From contig CAWALK010000020.1 of the NCBI GenBank assembly GCA_963782915.1, positions 352,001-416,000 of the forward strand: a DNA stretch of 64,000 bases, read 5' to 3'. Below, piece after piece: positions 53,366 through 64,000 of this stretch. How positions within the stretch are numbered: the first letter of the stretch is position 1; every line of letters begins with the position of its first letter. Both the position numbers and the translations under genes were made by a program. The DNA is from an uncultured archaeon (GTDB lineage Archaea; Thermoproteota; Bathyarchaeia; Bathyarchaeales; Bathycorpusculaceae). The notes under the pieces are model-generated. The model saw only the letters and a list, made by a program, of their open reading frames with translations, did no database searches and was not told where the DNA came from.

Positions 53366-56273
53366 CCGCTACTGTATCCAATCAAACATGTATTTCGAAA
53401 CTGGAAACTATTCGCTGCACTTTTAATAGGAATCGCACTTGCTGCAACCTTTTTCGCCGGCATAGGCGTTAAAGCTAACGTGGCTGCCGAGGATTCTCTG
53501 GATAAACAGATCAGTTCAGTCATGGTTGATATGAGTTCCCGGATTCAACTTAACATGTCAAACCTTGGGCTTGCCTACAAAGACATCACAAATGTCGAGG
53601 GCGTTAAGGACGTTGATTATTTAGCGACTTTTTCTTCGCCAGTTGGGTTACCTGCAAATAATTATTCTGGTATGGGTTATTATTCGCAGATAGTGAGTTT
53701 TCCTAATAATTCAAGAGTTCTCAATGAATGGACAAATAAGCCCTCTGATGGGATACCTACGAACTACACCTATGTGATGGCTGGTAGTAACCTCGCGAAA
53801 AGTGTCAAGGTTGGCGATATCATAACAACAATGCTTACTTTCAATAGCCCCAAATATTACAACCAAACTACCTTTTACCTTAATTTGACAGTAGCCGGTG
53901 AGATTGAATTAACCGATAAAGGCTACTCACTAGTTAGCGGCAACACCTATGCTATAGACTCCCGATCTTCCTTGGGTTCTTACAGAAATGACATTTTGGT
54001 TGTTGACTGGGATAATACTCTACAGCCTCTCTGGAAAAGTGCCCTTGACAGCAGCACCGTTGACCTCCAATTCTACATTGACGTTGACCGAGAAAGCATA
54101 ATTAGCCCCTGGAACGTACAAACATCAGTAACAAAAATAAACCAAATTGCCGATAGAATCCAAAACAAGATTCTGGCAAACTATCTTTCATGGGGCTATG
54201 TAAATAACCAATTGGGTAATGCACTCCAAAATTACCAAAGCAACCTATCTGGTTTCACTATTAGTTTCGCCGTTGTTTCATTCCCCATATTCATCTTGGC
54301 ATGGTATCTCGGCAAAACAGTATCAGACGTATCCTTTAACATCCGTAGACGAGAAATCGGTCTTCTATCCACCAAAGGCTTATCCAGTGGCCAAATCCAG
54401 CGGATGTTCCTCTCCGAAGCCATAATAATAGGTTTAATGGGTGGATTCCTTGGTGTCATCGGGGGTTTACTGCTCAACCAGTACTATTCTGGCTCTGTAA
54501 ACCTTAACAGCCTCTTCACAGGTAAACTGTTTAGCCCCGAGATTGCCCTGTTCACCGTTATCTTCGGTGTAATTTTGGCGCTTATTTCAGTGTTTCTATC
54601 TTCCCGCCGAGCTTCAAGAATACCTGCAGTTGAGGCATTAAGAAATGACATGTCCGCCGGCGATAAGCCAAATCGCAAAATATTCCCGTTGATAGCATTG
54701 ATTCTTGGCACTTACGCTGTCATAATATACCTTTTCGGATTAAACGTCCCCGCAGCTTTCAGCAACTGGTTATACGCTGGAGGAAACATGTACCTCATGG
54801 TATTAACTTTACCAATAAGCTTGATTGACCAATTTTTGAGGTTCTTTGGGCCTTTACTCTTTTTCTGGGGCTTCTGTACCCTAATAATTCGTGACTCTAC
54901 AAAATTCCAAACGGTTGTGTCCAAAATCGCATCTGTCATGGGTGACTTGGGCGCATTAGCAGCTAAGAACGTACGGCGGAACCCTGGTCGCTTGGCAGCC
55001 TTAGCTTTCATAGTTGCTTTAGTCATGGGTCTAGGTGTCCAAGTAACAGGCCAGATAGCCAGCCAAAAAGACTACATAGTCAGGGACTTGCAGGCACAAG
55101 TTGGCGCAGATATAGTCGTTAACTTGGCGAATGCTACAGAAGGTCAAATTGTCCTAAACCACTTGATAGCTAACATTTCCGGCATCCAAAATGCAACGGT
55201 GGAACGTATACTAAACCCAAGAATCGAAGGAGGCGACAACAACTATGGACCCACGATGAAGCTGAAAACTATTGACCCAACCACTTGGGAGCTATCGGCT
55301 CACTATGAAGAAGGCTGGTTCAGCGGTAACAACCTCCAAGACGCCCTGAAAACAATGAAAGCAGACAACAGCACAGTCATCGTTAGCCGTACCTTAGCTA
55401 AACAGTATGATTGGAAACTCTATGACCAAATAGGCGTCAACTTCAATTCAGCCGCACGCAAACTAAAGATTGTCGGGTTCTTTGGACCCGAACCTGCAGA
55501 CAATGCAAATACACCCTACTACCAATCATCACCTGCAATATCCATCGCGGAGGACAGATACACAACAAGCATTCTACCCTCCTACTATCGAAAGCGGGTA
55601 TTATCAACCAACTGACTGCTTCGCCCCAAGAGACCTCTTCAACGTAACAGGTGCAGACAGCGGCATCTACAAACTAGAAAATTTCGAAACTAACATACTA
55701 ATCAAACTACAGCCAGGCGTCAACGGAGCTGCAGTAGCACAACAAATCCGCAACTTAGACCTCAACATAAACACTGTCACCTCATTCGACGAAGAATGGC
55801 AAAGCTCCTCAGAAATGAACAACCTCGCAACATACACCAGCCTACAAACCCTCGACATCCAAAGCTTCGGCCTTATATTCGCCGTAATCTCCGCCTCCGT
55901 GGGAACAGCCCTCATCGCCATCGTCAGCCTAAAGGAACGCAATCGCGAAGCCACACTCATGAGCGTCCGCGGCTTATCCTATCGCCAACTAGTCTGGATG
56001 TTCCTAACAGAGAGCATGGCAATTATCACCTTCGCAGCCATCCTCGGCGTAGTGGTAGGCGTAATAATCGTCTATGGCACAGTAGCAATGGCTAACAACT
56101 CTGCAGGAATATACTCAGTATCTCTGGTCACTCAACGCTTAATCTTCCCCGCTGACGCAGTCGCAACAATCGGCACCTACGCCCTGTTAATCTATGCCTC
56201 CACAATTGGGGCAATCATAGTAATGTCGTATCAATACGTCACAAAACTAGAAAAGATGGTTAGAACAAGATGA
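53366..56273 (+). CDS. ABC transporter permease, FtsX/MacB-like (start uncertain, frameshift ~55590)
   Basis: RRREIGLLSTKG, AAKNVRRN, ERNREATLMSVRG. Confidence 0.85.
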
Positions 56274-57172
56274 GCGCAAACAATAACATAAAAATCCGTG
56301 ATTTAGTCAAAATCCATCATACAGGAAAAATCGAAGTCCAAGCCCTCCGAGGCTTAAACTTGGATATTTCCTCAGGCGAACTTGTCTCCATCATCGGCCC
56401 CTCGGGCAGCGGCAAATCCACGCTACTCAACATCATCGGCGGCTTAGACAAAGCAACAGCAGGCACCGTAACCGTCGGCGAAAAAACCGTAACCAACCTA
56501 TCCGTCCGCCAACTAGTCGATTACAGAAGAAAAATGGTCGGCCACATCTTCCAAAACCTCAACTTAATCCCCACATTGACAGCGCAAGAAAACATCGAAT
56601 TCTCCATGGTAGCTTCAGGCGTCAAACGGGGGAAACGCAAACAACGAGTCGAAGAATTACTAGACACCGTTGGCTTAAAAGACCGCGCCCACCACAAACC
56701 CGAAGAACTCAGCGGCGGAGAACAACAAAGAATCGCCATCGCCAGCGCATTAGCCAACGACGCACCAGTCCTCCTAGCAGATGAACCCACAGGCGAATTA
56801 GACACTGCAAACGCCAAACTCATCGCAGAATACCTTGTTAAAGTGAATCGTGACTTCAAAAAAACCATCGTTATGGTTACCCATGACCCCAGCGTCGCCA
56901 GAGTATCAAGCAGAATACTGCGCATCGAAGACGGCCTAATAAAAACCTCGTTGGCACCTTCCGACGTTATTGTGCAGGAGAAAGCTCATTCCTACGTGGA
57001 CCAAATCAAAGAGCGCATCATGGAAATCAACACTCAACTAACCCAGCTAGACAGCGACTTCCGCGGCGAAAGAATTGAAGGCGACGAATACATGCAGAAA
57101 CGCCAAACCCTCAAACACGTCAGAGACAGCCTCAGAGAAGAATGCTCAAGAATGGGCGTCATCCCACCCTAA
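56270..57172 (+). CDS. ABC transporter ATP-binding protein (LolD/MacB-like) with C-terminal helical extension
   Basis: GPSGSGKST, LSGGEQQR, LLADEPTGELD, VTHD. Confidence 0.93.
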   Translation: MSANNNIKIRDLVKIHHTGKIEVQALRGLNLDISSGELVSIIGPSGSGKSTLLNIIGGLDKATAGTVTVGEKTVTNLSVRQLVDYRRKMVGHIFQNLNLIPTLTAQENIEFSMVASGVKRGKRKQRVEELLDTVGLKDRAHHKPEELSGGEQQRIAIASALANDAPVLLADEPTGELDTANAKLIAEYLVKVNRDFKKTIVMVTHDPSVARVSSRILRIEDGLIKTSLAPSDVIVQEKAHSYVDQIKERIMEINTQLTQLDSDFRGERIEGDEYMQKRQTLKHVRDSLREECSRMGVIPP

Positions 57173-57202
57173 TCCCCTTTTATCAGTTGATCAATAGTTT
57201 AT

Positions 57203-57363
57203 TGGCTTGTTCTGCTTGCAGGTTATTGCACAACCAGTCTTCAACTTGAAGACCGCTTAGAAAACAAAAAGCAACTGTTCCCTTAGTCTGTTGGTTGTTG
57301 TTGTGTATAGGCGGTTTTTGGCAACAACACACTGTAGAAAAACAGATAACCCCCAACTTTAAT
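57203..57363 (+). repeat. Intergenic hairpin repeat copy between convergent genes
   Basis: TTATTGCACAACCAGTCT; GTTGTTGTTG 57294-57303 / CAACAACAC 57322-57330; CCAACTTTAAT. Confidence 0.85.
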
Positions 57364-57372
57364 TTTACCGTT

Positions 57373-59466
57373 TTATCTTTCTATCGAGATTTTGCTAACA
57401 CCCGCTTCCTTATCCAAAATAATCACATGGTCGCCTTTGGCAGCGAAATCTTCACTATGCGTTACCGCAATAATCTGCTCAATAGCCTTGAATCGGCTAA
57501 TTGCCTCAGCCAACCGTTCAATGCTGCCGTCTTCACTGCCCAAATTCTCCGTGGGCTCATCAAGCATAAGCATACTCAAACCGTGGCCAGTGCGGGACTG
57601 CATAATCAACTGCCCCAAACCAAGTCGGTAAGCAAACGCCAACAACGTGCGTTCGCCGCCTGAAAGGTTAGCTACTTCTCGGTCAACTCCTGCCTCGCTT
57701 TTCACGTAGGGCGTGTAGGTTTCGTCGATGACTACGTTTAGCATGGGTGTTTCGCCGCCGACTAAGTTGTCGAGGATTTGCTGTACGAAGTTGCGTAGTA
57801 CTTTGACGAATTCGCTGCGTAGTTTGGGTTGGATGCTGCGGTAGGCGTCGCGGACTGCGCTGAGTAATTCGACGGTTCGGCGGATTTTTTCCATGCGCTC
57901 CAGTTTTTCCTGTGCGAAATTGATGCGGTCTTTGGTGTCGTCTAATCGGCGGGCTAAGTCTTTTTTGCGGTTCTCTTTTGTGCGTAAATCTGATTCTACG
58001 GTGTAGTATTGTTTGAGGGCTTGGTCTTTTTTGTCTTTGGCTGCTTGGAGTTCAGATAAGTCGAATTTGCTGATTTCAAGGACCAAAGCTTCGAGTTCGC
58101 CGTGCTGCTCAACCTCTAGCCGCTGCTGCATCTCAAGCTCGGCGGTTAGGGTTTTGAGGTTAGTTTCTTCCTCAGCAATCCGCGATTTCAGGTCAGCGCC
58201 TCGTGTTAGGCAATTCTGCAGGTTAGTGTAGGCTTCGGAAGCTACAGTTTTGGTTTTTTGTAGGGTAGCAACTTCGAGTCGTAGGTGGTTGATGGTTTTT
58301 TCCCGTTCGCTGTTTTCCTGTTTTATGCTGGACAATAAATCAGTCTTATAGTTGCCCAGTAAGGGTTGGCTGCAAACGGGGCATTTGCCTTCCCCAGTTT
58401 CAACCAATGTAGCGGCTCTTTTCTGGTCCTGCTGAATGCCCCGTGAGGTGGCTTCCTGTTCAGCTCGCATCTGAGAAATCTTATCATCCAAACCCGCTAA
58501 GAATGGTGCTAGCTGCTCAAAGGGCTGATTAGCTGGCAACCCCGCCTGCTCCAGCTTGGCTAGGCACAGCTTCATTTGGCTATCCAAAGAGGTTTGGCGT
58601 TGCTGGAGGTTGTCGATGATGGTTTTTTTGCCCTCAACCCGCTCGGTAAGAGACGCCAAGTTTCGGGTCATGTTGGCGATGTTGGCGTTTACCCTTGCTT
58701 CTTTGCGTTTGAGTTCTTCTATGGCGAGTTTTTTCTCTTCGGAACGTTTCAGCCTCAGGTCAGCTTCTTCCAAAGCCCGTTTAGCGACTTCTAGTCTCTG
58801 CGCTGAATCTTCCAAATCCATCTCTAAAAGCGTGAATTCTTCGCTTGCCCTGTTATACTCGGCGCTAAGCTTCTCCAAACCCACCACATCGGGGTCCTTC
58901 TCATACACCCGTTTCTCAGTTTCGTAGTCGCGTTGGTACTGGGCAATGTTGCTCCAAGCCACCTCATAATCGGATAAGCCAAACAGTTCATCGAGGCGAG
59001 TTTGCCTATCGCGGGGCTTCGCATCCAGCAGTTCCTTAAGGTGTTCTTGGCGGAACCAAACAATCTCGCGGTACAAATCTCGGTCTAAGCCAGTGATGGC
59101 TTTGAGTTGTTCTGCGATGGCGTCAGTTTTCATGCTGGCAAGCAGCTTTTCCTCTTCAAAGAGTTTTAGCTGTTCTATGTCTTGTGTTATGCTTTTGCCC
59201 TTGCGTTTTAAGCCTCGGACCAACTTGTAGGTGTTGCCATTATGGCTAAACTGAACCGTAACTCGGCACCAATCTGCCCCTTCACGCATCAAATAATCAA
59301 AACTACGCCCAACCGCATCCCCGAACAGGGCAAAATCGACTGCGTAGAGGACACTGGATTTGCCGCATCCCACTCCCCCAACAACACAGTTGAAGCCATG
59401 CGTAAAGGGCACTGTGGATTTGGTGTGGCTGCGGATATTTTCCAGCACAACTACGTCGATTTTCAT
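57373..59466 (-). CDS. rad50: DNA double-strand break repair ATPase Rad50
   Basis: LENIRSH, GCGKSS, coiled coil with CPVC zinc hook, LSGGE, MLDEPT, VTH. Confidence 0.92.
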   Translation of the reverse strand: MKIDVVVLENIRSHTKSTVPFTHGFNCVVGGVGCGKSSVLYAVDFALFGDAVGRSFDYLMREGADWCRVTVQFSHNGNTYKLVRGLKRKGKSITQDIEQLKLFEEEKLLASMKTDAIAEQLKAITGLDRDLYREIVWFRQEHLKELLDAKPRDRQTRLDELFGLSDYEVAWSNIAQYQRDYETEKRVYEKDPDVVGLEKLSAEYNRASEEFTLLEMDLEDSAQRLEVAKRALEEADLRLKRSEEKKLAIEELKRKEARVNANIANMTRNLASLTERVEGKKTIIDNLQQRQTSLDSQMKLCLAKLEQAGLPANQPFEQLAPFLAGLDDKISQMRAEQEATSRGIQQDQKRAATLVETGEGKCPVCSQPLLGNYKTDLLSSIKQENSEREKTINHLRLEVATLQKTKTVASEAYTNLQNCLTRGADLKSRIAEEETNLKTLTAELEMQQRLEVEQHGELEALVLEISKFDLSELQAAKDKKDQALKQYYTVESDLRTKENRKKDLARRLDDTKDRINFAQEKLERMEKIRRTVELLSAVRDAYRSIQPKLRSEFVKVLRNFVQQILDNLVGGETPMLNVVIDETYTPYVKSEAGVDREVANLSGGERTLLAFAYRLGLGQLIMQSRTGHGLSMLMLDEPTENLGSEDGSIERLAEAISRFKAIEQIIAVTHSEDFAAKGDHVIILDKEAGVSKISIER

Positions 59467-60678
59467 TTCGATAGCTCCTCGATGGCTTGCTTAACTTTCT
59501 CGTCCTGTTTGCGTGCCAATGGCTCGATTAAGTTGAGGGCTCCATGCGCTATTTTTTGTGCTTCTTCTTTGCCGTAGCGGTCAGCGAAAATCTCCACGAA
59601 GTACTCATACGCTTTAGTTTTTAGATCTTTGAATTCGCCCTCAAAGATGGAGCGGACCACTTCATCGGAAACCGCAGTCTCCTTTAGCTGCACTATCGGG
59701 TGCACAAGTAGCGCTTTTTGGGCGGCAGCACGAATTCTGGGCACATCCACTTCAGTTCTGCTTGCCTCCGCTGGCAGGGTGCCTTTTAAAACTGGGATTA
59801 TGATGGCGTCTGCTTCGTCAGCATCCTTAACCATCTGCACCGCTTGCTCAGTAATCTTCGCCGCAGCCATCCCCGAATAATCAAACTCTACAATAACGAA
59901 TCTACGTGGGGATGTTAACTCGATTAGTTCGGGGTAAACTTGGCCTTTTTCGTCTACTTTGACGTGGTAGAAGCCTTTGGTTATTGTGGCTTCGTCGTAG
60001 CCGACGGTTTCTGTGCAGCCACTATAAACGAGGATGCCGTCTTTGAATTTGCTTTGAATTCGGTCATGGATGTGTCCTGCGGCGTAATAGCAGAATCCAT
60101 CTGGTAATTCGGAGGGTAATATTTCTGCCTCGATATAGGGTGGTTTGACGTCTGGTAAATCGAGGGCGCCATGAAACACAAAAATGTTGGCTACGCCTGC
60201 TTTGGGTGTCGGCGGGTTTTCTTCCATGAATTTCGGGAGGGCTTCTTGGGTTTTGTGGCGGTTGTGGTAGTTTGGGATGCCGTAGACGTAGCAGGAGTCG
60301 GGTTTGCTCCAGCATGCGCCCCGATGTCGTGGGAGGTGAATGATGAGGCCTGCGCTGTCCAATGGATACAGGATGGTGCTTGTTATGGTGTTAGGCGCGG
60401 AGTCATGTGAACCGTCTACAGTTAAGACTGGGATGCCTGCGTCTTTTAGGCGCTTGAAACTCCGAATCGTATTTTCCAGAGTATGATTGGAGGGTCTGGC
60501 TTGATGAAAGAGGTCACCTGCGATAATCATGAAGTCAGGTTTTAAGCTCGATTGTTTTATCCACGAGTTCGCTGAAAGCGTTGTCGAAGTCTTGCCTACG
60601 CACTTCTAAACCGTACTGAGAGTACCCCAAATGCAGGTCAGATGCGTGGACAAAGCTAAACGGCTTCAAAGATTGCAA
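59463..60678 (-). CDS. mre11: DNA repair nuclease Mre11 (homopolymer frameshift ~60540)
   Basis: HASDLHLG (upstream frame), AGDLFH, GSHD, GHIH, YSG. Confidence 0.92.
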
Positions 60679-60768
60679 GACTCCCTTACGTTTCCTTCGA
60701 TGGTTGTTATGGTTTGCTTGTTTTAAAGCGTTTATGCTTCTGCCGTTTCAGCTAGTTAGAGCTTCATG

Positions 60769-61150
60769 CTAGGACATTTGTTCTATTGGAATAGCGACTT
60801 TGCATTTCTTTAGCAAATGAGAATCCACAGTAACGAGCTTCAAGTTTTCTTTCTCTGCTAAATAAGCGTAGGAAGCATCATAGAAAGTAAGGTTCCTCTC
60901 TATAGCAACAGCTAGAACATTAGCCATTGAGTCGAGTTCAAGTTTAGTTAAAGCCTGCATTGCTTTCGAGAAAGTGGTTGCAGCTAATTGCGGGTTCTTC
61001 ATTCTTCCATGCTGGGTTTCTCTCCACAACACATTACCTATTTCATATTCTGTTAGTGCGCTTATTGCGCAATCCTCTGACTTTTAGAGGAATGCCTGAA
61101 AGTAGAATAGGATAGAGTGCGGATGTATCGATCAGGTACTTACATTTCGT
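60769..61150 (-). CDS. vapC: PIN-domain toxin VapC (frameshift ~61075)
   Basis: YLIDTSAL, EIGNVLW, LTFYDASY, LVTVD. Confidence 0.8.
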
Positions 61151-61367
61151 CCCTTGTAGCTCTGACATCTGCTGCCCACTCTTCAGGTGTAACGTTCATG
61201 GCTTCTCTGAGGTCTTTAGCAATTTGTTGTGCTTTTAATTTTTTATTGGCAACTAAATCTTCAAGCGTCGCTTCCACTACTGCCTTTACGTCTATTCCTA
61301 ATTTTTCTGCTTCGTCTTTGAGACCTTTTTTGACTCTAACGGATAATACTTCAGTTGTCATAACCAT
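61140..61367 (-). CDS. Antitoxin (VapB/CcdA-like, RHH)
   Basis: VLSVRVKKGLKDEAEKLGID...VRATRDE; overlaps vapC. Confidence 0.8.
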   Translation of the reverse strand: MVMTTEVLSVRVKKGLKDEAEKLGIDVKAVVEATLEDLVANKKLKAQQIAKDLREAMNVTPEEWAADVRATRDEM

Positions 61368-61531
61368 GCCGCCGTATACAAATGAATAATATTGTATACG
61401 ATCGTTATATAAGATTAACGTTGAACCCCCGAAACGAATTTTTCAAGCAGGTATATGTTCAGTTAGGGTTTGAGTGGCAAGTTTTAAGCCTTTAGCATAC
61501 AAGAGGCTAATGCAACGCATTGGGGGTTCTG

Positions 61532-62320
61532 CTATTTTTTGGTTCCAGCAACCACTATCATGTCTACATGATAGAGAAAAGTTCCCTGCTTTGTCTTTTG
61601 GGTTAATTCGCTGCGCCACTTCGATAGTTCCTCTTCTGATGCGACTTTGCTCTTTGCAGCTTCAGTGCAGAGCCAATCGTCAAAGGGTGTCTCAGAAAAG
61701 TCTCTTAGAACATACGGGTACACCTCAACCACAAGGTCCACATAGCCGTAGTCATGGAAAAGCTGTAGGAGTTCTCTGCCCGCGAACCCGTTGGGCCGCA
61801 TCTGAGTTGCAAAGAAGGACATAAGCCGCCGCTCAAGGGCGATGTCGCTGAAGTTTACGGAGACACTGCCCCAGTCAGTATCAACCACAACCAACCTGCC
61901 CCCAGTTCTCAAAACCCGACTGATTTCGGCTAAAACAGTGGGTGCCTCTGATTTCGGTAACACCTGAAAAAGCCGCTCCGCATGAACCCTATCAAATTCG
62001 CCCTCGCCAAACGGCAACGAAAAAACATCTGCTTGTATGTGCTTCACGTTTTTAGTTACTTTGCTTTCTGCTAATTGGGCGTCTGCTTTTTTGACCATTT
62101 CAGGGTCATTGTCGACGCCTACGATTCTGCCCTCATCGCCGATGTATTCTGAGAGCGCTATTGTATCTATGGCTGGACCGCAGCCTACATCGAGCACCTG
62201 CGAATCCGCTTCAATCTCCATTAGTTGGTGGCTTCTGGTTTTGATTTGCTCTTCATTGTATGCTGTTTTTTTGAGGTATTCGGCGCTGATATAGCGTTTA
62301 TTCTCTTTTGGTTCACTCAC
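61532..62320 (-). CDS. Class I SAM-dependent methyltransferase
   Basis: VLDVGCG, VGVD, LPF..GEFD, RVLRTGG. Confidence 0.9.
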   Translation of the reverse strand: MSEPKENKRYISAEYLKKTAYNEEQIKTRSHQLMEIEADSQVLDVGCGPAIDTIALSEYIGDEGRIVGVDNDPEMVKKADAQLAESKVTKNVKHIQADVFSLPFGEGEFDRVHAERLFQVLPKSEAPTVLAEISRVLRTGGRLVVVDTDWGSVSVNFSDIALERRLMSFFATQMRPNGFAGRELLQLFHDYGYVDLVVEVYPYVLRDFSETPFDDWLCTEAAKSKVASEEELSKWRSELTQKTKQGTFLYHVDMIVVAGTKK

Positions 62321-62397
62321 GATTCATCAGCATCTTCTCAATTAGTAAGAGGTGTAATTAAGTCATGCTTTGCTGATGGTTTAACCGCATCATGCTT

Positions 62398-62625
62398 TGT
62401 TTTTTATAGTTAGTAGAAAATGGCGGAGAGCCTCTATACTCTTCTTCTTCCTGTGGGCTGGCAGGTGGCTGCTTTTTGGTTTCTGCGTTGGTGGTGGTTG
62501 CAGGCGTTTGAAGAGAATTCCGCAAGCAGATACAGTTAGCCAACCAGAAGCATTAACTTGCCTACCTCAGGGACCTCCTTATTGCTAATAGGACCTATGG
62601 TACTCTGCCACTGATCCCCTATAGT
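62398..62625 (-). repeat. Divergent full repeat copy with GAA-type hairpin arms
   Basis: Reverse complement TGGCAGAG..AATAAGGAGGTCCCTGAGGTAGG..GCCTGCAACC..GAAGAAGAAG-AGTATAG..CATTTTCTAC. Confidence 0.7.
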
Positions 62626-62630
62626 AGTAG

Positions 62631-62796
62631 ATTAAAAGTTGGTTGGTGTTCTTGTTTTTCTTTATTGTGTTGTTGGTAGAAAGCCCCTATATACAACAAC
62701 AACCAGCGGCGTTTGCGGGCGATTGTGTTTTAGCTTTAGCGTCCAGAGTTAGGTTGCAGGCGGGTTGTGCAATAAACCGCAACCAGAACAACACAG
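62631..62796 (-). repeat. Intergenic hairpin repeat copy (reverse orientation)
   Basis: Reverse complement TTATTGCACAACCCGCCTGCAACC..GGTTGTTGTTGTATATAG..CAACAACAC..CCAACTTTTAAT. Confidence 0.85.
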
Positions 62797-62915
62797 ATTT
62801 TAAGGGTCTGCCAAAAAAGTCGGAAATGGGTAATGCAGCACACGATTTAATCCCCATATTGGCGTAAAAATATAAGATACCACATGCATTAACTCAGGAA
62901 AGGCGCCAAACAGTC

Positions 62916-63752
62916 ATGAAATGTCAAGCATGCGAAAGAGAAGAAGACCTGCCATTCCGTTGTCCCTACTGCGGCGGAGGATTCTGCGGTGACCATCGTC
63001 TACCGGAAAACCATGCATGCCCCCGAATAGAGCAAGCCAAAGCAGAACGCCAAGGTCAAGTCATGCAACAACAAGGCTACGGCAATTATAGTTACAGTTA
63101 CGTGTATGGGCAAGACCCTCACAAAAAGCAGTTCCATATCCGATGGAGCCCAAAAGAACTCAAACACATAGGTATTGCAGCAGCGCTTGTCATGGGAATC
63201 GGCATCTCCATCGGAGCATTCGCAACATTGCTCCCAGAGTTTTTCGGATTCAGTTTCAAATGGGATCTAACTATGATGGCTGTCTTCGGAGTAGTCATGA
63301 TAATCTCATTTCTCACTCACGAAATAGCACACAAAGTCACCGCTCAAAAGAAAGGGTTATGGGCTGAATTCCGCCTAACAACCTTCGGAGCACTCTTAAC
63401 GTTTGCATCAATATTCTTGCCTTTCCGCATGATTGCTCCGGGCGCCATGATGATCGGCGGCACCCTACAGAAAAAAGAGGACATCGTAACAATATCCATA
63501 GCCGGACCCATAACCAACATGGCATTCTCAGCGGTATTTCTCGGATTAGCCTTTACGCTGCCCCTTACATACGCATGGTTCGGGGTACTGTTGTTCTCAG
63601 CATACATCAACGCATTCATGGCTGTCTTCAACTTGGTACCATTCGGCGTCTTAGATGGCCTCAAAATATTCAATTTAAACAAAAAGGTCTGGGTAGCCGC
63701 ATTTGTACCAGCCGCGATCTTAGCAGTATTCACTTACCTGCTTTTCGTATAA
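62916..63752 (+). CDS. AN1-type zinc finger fused to M50 (site-2) intramembrane metalloprotease
   Basis: CQAC..PFRCPYCGGGFCGDHRLPENHAC; HEIAH, AGP, FNLVPFGVLDG. Confidence 0.9.
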   Translation: MKCQACEREEDLPFRCPYCGGGFCGDHRLPENHACPRIEQAKAERQGQVMQQQGYGNYSYSYVYGQDPHKKQFHIRWSPKELKHIGIAAALVMGIGISIGAFATLLPEFFGFSFKWDLTMMAVFGVVMIISFLTHEIAHKVTAQKKGLWAEFRLTTFGALLTFASIFLPFRMIAPGAMMIGGTLQKKEDIVTISIAGPITNMAFSAVFLGLAFTLPLTYAWFGVLLFSAYINAFMAVFNLVPFGVLDGLKIFNLNKKVWVAAFVPAAILAVFTYLLFV

Positions 63753-64000
63753 CCCTATTTTATTGTCCTCGCTCAAAAAGCAAATAATGATTTACTGTAT
63801 AATTCCATGCTCCACCCATCCCTGCAGTATTATAACTGTGCAGGTGCCAGCCTTGCGCTTCCCATTCAACAATAGCTCTACCCACATCTTCATGATGAGT
63901 GACTACAATACATCGCCATTCCTTCATTTCTTTCACCTCTCAAACTTGTGAGGTTACAGCGGCGAGATTTAAGGCATACGCTAAAGCTAGAAAACTTAAA

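Overview
This is archaeal chromosomal DNA, most likely Bathyarchaeia, judged from the 16S sequence, PQQ-type beta-propeller surface protein and gene content. The taxon is recognised by eye, not by database search. Many genes carry single-base indels, consistent with an unpolished long-read assembly. Contents include deoxyhypusine synthase, tRNA-Gln(CTG), a full A/V-type ATP synthase cluster with subunit I inverted, a geranylgeranyl-reductase-like gene, a cluster of small stress-type genes around a TrmB regulator, and a stand-alone 16S rRNA gene. Further on are an arylsulfatase, Lsm-rpl37e, orphan Cache/5TM sensors, a DUF35-HMG-CoA synthase fusion beside a thiolase lacking its catalytic residues, pncB, an ABC exporter, mre11-rad50 and a vapBC pair. 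The strongest unexplained signal is non-coding: a modular intergenic repeat family at about a dozen places. It has an inverted repeat GWWGWWGWWG-N17/19-CWWCWWCWWC whose arms co-vary between copies, and a TATA(A/T)ATAAGGGAGGGGGTAGG module. A second signal is a shared CAGTCACACAG promoter element upstream of stress-type genes.
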